NCBI RefSeq assembly: GCF_000143415.4
Contig: NW_003314275.1
Coordinates: forward strand, 997,955-1,061,954
Length of the DNA stretch: 64,000 nt
Reading direction: 5' to 3'
Source of the DNA: Selaginella moellendorffii
Taxonomy: Eukaryota > Plantae > Lycopodiophyta
Shown: positions 59,601 to 64,000 of the stretch, piece after piece
How the letters are laid out: the number at the start of each line of letters is the position of its first letter
Numbering within the stretch: the first letter of the stretch is position 1
Made by a program: the position numbers and the translations under genes
The notes under the pieces: generated by a model
The model's input: the letters and a program-made list of their open reading frames with translations, nothing else
What the model was told of the DNA's origin: nothing
Databases searched by the model: none

Positions 59601-62600
59601 ACAAGTTTTCTTAGACTTTTCCAATGGCTGATTTGTTATCACTTTGTCCGAAAACCATTCCGTTTTCGAAAGCCAATACAAACTAGTGAAGGGGTTAGAG
59701 TTGACTTCGGTTAGCTTAGACCTTAGTATGTAGTTTGTATGATGCGGCCCGAAAGGGATGCTGACTTTTGGGGCTATTGCAACTAAATTGGATAGAGTCT
59801 GGAGTTAGTGTCGAAAAGTGGCCGTTGCACTTTTCTAGAAAGGTGGCCCTTGTGCCTTTCTTTTGTAGTGTTATGCTTGGTGGCAAGTTGCACTTTGCAT
59901 TTCGTTAGACTCTATGAGAGTAGTGAGCTCTCACTGATCTTGATTTGGTCTTGGTGACTTTGCGCCTTGGCTGAAGATAGTGATGTCCAACTTAGTTGTT
60001 TGAGTTTGAGATGTTAATACCTGTACTATAGCTTTGTCTATAAGGAGGTTGTGTACCGATGTGGATCCATCTTATGGTCTTCACTTTAGTTTCAGCTAAG
60101 TGTTGATCATGCATAGCTAGCCTCTTCAAGGCATGCTCAGAGCTAGTGGCTAAATGCATTGGTGAGCTTATTGCAGTTGAGTTGGATTCGAGTGGTCATT
60201 TAGTTCATGCTTGTCCATGAACCTTTATCTCATATCTGGGGTATTACGTTCATGTTGGACAAGTGTATGACTCGATGACGTGAGTTTAGTGTTTGGGTCT
60301 TGTGAAGGCAAGTTGAAAGAGTGATTGTTAGTACTTTGCGACTAATGATTACTTGTAGACTTTGTCAAAGGCTTTTAACACTTGCTTCGCTTGATGATGA
60401 TTTAGCAGTGATGGGCTTGCTTTACCGGATGGGGTTGCGGAGGATCGTGTCGTTAGAGTTACATGGGTTTTCCATGTTGGCATATCGACTCTACCTCTGT
60501 TGATATCATTTGGTTGCGTTTAGTTCGTGGTGTTGGATTTCATTGAGTCTTGGATGTGGTGATTCACTCCTTGATGATGTGTTATCTATAGCTGAGTATT
60601 GTTGAAGGATTAGTCTCGGATACTAAGTTAAGTATCTTTGACTTTGGTTAGCTTAGTTGCTAGAAGGCTTTGAGTGGTGATTCACTCGTGCTTTCTTCTA
60701 GCTTTGTTCTAGTGTTGGTGGCACTGAGGTGATGCCTTGTCGTTGACATTGTTGATGTTGAGATTTCAGTGAAATGGGATGTCTCTCCGCAAGATTGATG
60801 TCGAGTTTCATTAGTCTTAATGAAGATAGTGTTGATGATTTGGCTATAGCTTTGTGTTATTGGCATTCGTACATTTGCTAGTTTGTAACTATGTTGACGT
60901 TCAAATGAAGTGGCAAGTTTGAGTTAGTTGTGTTCTAAACCAAGAGTTATTTAGACTAGAGGAGTTGAGCTCTCAGACTTTTCCCTTGAATAAGATGTAA
61001 CTAAGAAATCTCGCAAAGAAGTGATTTAGTCGTGGATAACACTAGCTTTACAAGATGAAGAGTTAGTGATTGATATTGGAATATTTGAATCCTTATTGGA
61101 TTTAAGTTGGAATATATCGATCATTGATGATTCTTCTTGTGCTTGTTATGATGTGAGTTACGTCTTGCTATAGATGGATTCATGGAGGATCGTTTGATGA
61201 TCACTTGTTGAGCATAGCTTTGTTATGCTTAGCTTTTGGATTGATGCAGACATGCTCTTCATTAGCTTTGCATTATGAAGTTTAGCTTATAGATGTGTTG
61301 AGGAGGATATTGTGGGTTGTACCATGATTTCTTCTTTGGCATTAACGTTAGTCCATGCGAGACTCGTGATCATTATTAGGCAAGACTTGGCTATAGACTT
61401 CTTCGAGCTTTTGGTTATTTGAGTTTTTGTGCTCATTGTTCCATTTGTTAGAAGTTGTTGGGGAAGGCATTTTGGCTCCTAGCTTCAATGTTGAAGTTAG
61501 TATTTGCATATGGCAATCATTGGTGATGATTGACTATCATCTAAGATAGTTGATTATCCTTGTCAAGGGTTTTGCTTGATTATTGTTGGTATAGAATGAT
61601 TTGCTGTTCTTCGGGATAGTAGATTCTTTCTTCGATGATGATTATGCATTTCTCTATTGATAGGATGATTGATGATCTTTTATGGTAGTTAGTTGTTCTC
61701 TTTGATGGCTTGTGGCTTTTCGCAATATCATATGTTCTTTGTGATTTGCTCTGGATTGGTCTCTTGGGTTTGAGACATCAGTAGGATGTTGCTAACACTT
61801 GCTTCGGCAACTTGAGTTCCTTGGTATTGTTGGCTGGGATCTATTCAGATTAGCTTTTGTGATAGTTGGCAGGAATGAGTGTTTGTTGGTCTTACCACAT
61901 TCATTCTCTTCTATTGATTGTTGCTCAAGTTAGTTTTGATAGATTTGGATGTTATTTCCTTTGGGTGATACATTCGCAAGCATTTTGCTTATCAGTCAAT
62001 GATACTTTGTGTTCTTTGAGTTGTCTTTCATAAGTTGTTTGGTATTCTATCTGCAATCTTTAATAGTTAAACTTTATCATTGAGTTTACTTGATGATATA
62101 CTTGCTATTGAATTTTGTTTGATGGTGAATCCTATGTTTACCAATTATGATGATCTTGGTGGTTCATATACTATAATACTAGTTTATCGGATGATAACTT
62201 ACTTGGAATACTTTTGTGTTCTAATCTAAGATATACTCACTGATAATTAAGTCTCTCAGATATCATTGTCTCTGACTTTGATAATGTCTATCTATGATCT
62301 TTGAGTTTGGGCCAGTAATAGGCAGACTGGCTTCGGCACTTCGTGTGCATGTTGAAATCTCTAGTCATGGGGTAGCTACTGTCGACTGGTCACATAACCC
62401 GCCTCTCTGTCGATGTTCCTTATTCTGTTGAAAGGGCGTGACCGTATAAACAACTCTAACTGCCTGTTTACAGTAGTCTATCTAAACCTTACCGACGGGT
62501 TTGGTTTCTTTGCTCAGGAGGGTTGGGGCCTCTGGCTTCTCTCTCTATATTCCTGCGGGCAGGGCATATCACACTTTTGTAAGCTGGGTGACTCCCAGAG

Positions 62601-63980
62601 CAGCAAGGGTGGCTGACTCCATTGGTCATTTCCTTGTCGGTGACGGCCGGAAGGTGTCTGAGCTGGTAGCGCATCCGCGTTAGACAAAGAGGTTGCTTCC
62701 TAACTCATTTAAGTTGGTGCATTTCTCACATAGTGTGAGTACCGTGAACTTTTTCTGGAGTTGTTTCCTTGGCGGTATTCTAGACTCGAGTATGCATCGA
62801 CGAGGACGTCGATCTTCCCAAGGGGGGGAGAGTGTCGCGAATGTGACTTCAGGTATCGAAAGTTACCTGTCGGCTAGTCCTTACGGACACTCTTACCTTA
62901 CTGCCACGATGGCAGGAGGTCGGTATTGCTGGACCCGTTATCAGTTTCCCACTTGAGCTAGTTGAGAAACTGGTCAATGACCATGTACTTAAATCGGATA
63001 AACATAAGGTAGGAACCCTATGTGTTTCTTGCTGAGCATACTCGGCCTGGTTTGAGAAACTTGAGTTATTGGCTTGCACTTGCTAGTATCAAGAACCCCC
63101 GTGATATTGAGATTGGTCCCTCAATATCGCTAGATGATAGCTTACCGTGTCTGCCAAACACCCTCGCTATCATGCCTTTTGTGTTAGTCTCATTTTGGTC
63201 CCAAATGCTATTTATGGAAAGTGTTTAGATTTGCTCATTTGGCATATCTGTGGAATGTAGAGATTGTCCTGAACACAATGGTGTTCGTCCCGTGCCCAAA
63301 TTCGCAATCTAGGGACATTCCATATTTAGTAAGTTTCGAGCTTGTCCCAGAGACTAACTCCTGATACTAAGGGAGGCTTGGGGTGAAAGCCCAAAGCGTG
63401 TGTTCCTCAGGGGGGGGGGGGGGCTGTGGGGGGTTCCAAATGTATAGTAGGGATAGTGGGTAGGTCGGGCATGGCCGACCAACCTGAGGCATAGTCTAGC
63501 TCCCGCTTGCGTGCCTGTCCTTGTTCTGCGTCCGGCTTGGGTCTAAGCCCAAGTTCCATTCCATGCTAGTTGGTGGAGTACCCATATCCTCGCGTTAGGC
63601 CACCGGTATGCCGAAATAGCGCTAGACTCCGTTTGGCTCCGTTTTGCGTGTTGGTTCTGGCATTGGGATGCTGGTCGTTCCAGGACTGTTCCAAGTTGCT
63701 CCGGGCTCCCGTCCCTTCGCTCCTTGGGCTTTATGCTCGGGAGTTGCTTCGTGGTTCGGTTCCGTCACTCCTTGGCTCCATGCTTGGGAGTTTGGCACCG
63801 TTCCTTCGTTCAGTGGCCCAGGGCCCTGAACTTCGGGTTTCTATGGACACGTGGCATGGACACGTGGCATGTGACACGTGGCATCTGTCACGTGGCACAA
63901 AGAGGGTTTAGGTTCTGCTTCGTGGTGTTATCCTATGGTAAATCACCATAGGATAAAGGGTCAAAACCACATGCGCTACA
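56679..63980 (+). mobile_element. Complete LTR retrotransposon B (gypsy-derived, non-autonomous/LARD-like) with 5-bp TSD GTCTC; LTRs 56679-57824 and 62833-63980
   Basis: TGTCGCG...GCGCTACA LTRs of about 1.15 kb, nearly identical; PBS TGGTATCAGAG at 57827; CGAGGAC...AAGGGGGGGAGAG PPT before 62833; GTCTC at 56674-56678 and 63981-63985; decayed RT patch IDRMIDDLYGS*LFSLM near 61655. Confidence 0.95.
63848..63896 (+). promoter_or_regulatory. Tandem array of four G-box/ABRE elements (CACGTGGC) in LTR B
   Basis: CACGTGGC at 63848, 63861, 63875 and 63889; three intact in the 5' LTR (57692, 57705, 57733) and two in the old copy near 31468-31490. Confidence 0.65.
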
Positions 63981-64000
63981 GTCTCGGCCTCGGTCTTGGT

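Larger units (their letters stand above)
49533..64000 (-). mobile_element. LTR retrotransposon A3 (non-autonomous), inserted in A2: 3' LTR 49533-51425, internal 51426-55591, 5' LTR from 55592 (interrupted by B, runs off the window)
   Basis: Two near-identical LTRs starting TGTAAGCGACTAATTTT on +; PBS (minus strand) TGGTATCGGAGC at 55577-55588; the LTR sequence resumes at 63981; no coding ORF. Confidence 0.9.

Overview
Plant nuclear DNA. The 50-70 nt introns, very tight gene spacing, GC-rich exons and PPR debris suggest a compact lycophyte-type genome such as Selaginella; this is an inference. Positions 1-27.3 kb are gene-dense: a lectin receptor-like protein, eEF2, an unusual P-loop NTPase + PD-(D/E)xK-like nuclease gene of Crinkler/RHS-type architecture, a CIB/BPE-type bHLH, a Tim44/mL45-like protein, SIZ1, an L-type lectin receptor pseudokinase, a KLCR/CMU TPR protein, an uncharacterised plant protein and an SDR. 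From 27.4 to 41.5 kb is mostly decayed transposon and pseudogene sequence (LINE, gypsy gag-protease remnant, TIR element, PPR relic) around an intronless sarcosine/pipecolate oxidase. From 41.5 to 64 kb is a four-level nest of non-autonomous Ty3/gypsy-type LTR elements (A1>A2>A3>B). Two of the three insertions landed in short-repeat arrays inside LTRs, and the innermost element B is complete with a GTCTC target-site duplication. The best candidate for an undescribed system is the NTPase-nuclease gene at 4611-7173. Other notable signals are the LTR landing-pad behaviour, an ABRE array in LTR B, and a P1BS cluster between SIZ1 and the lectin pseudokinase.
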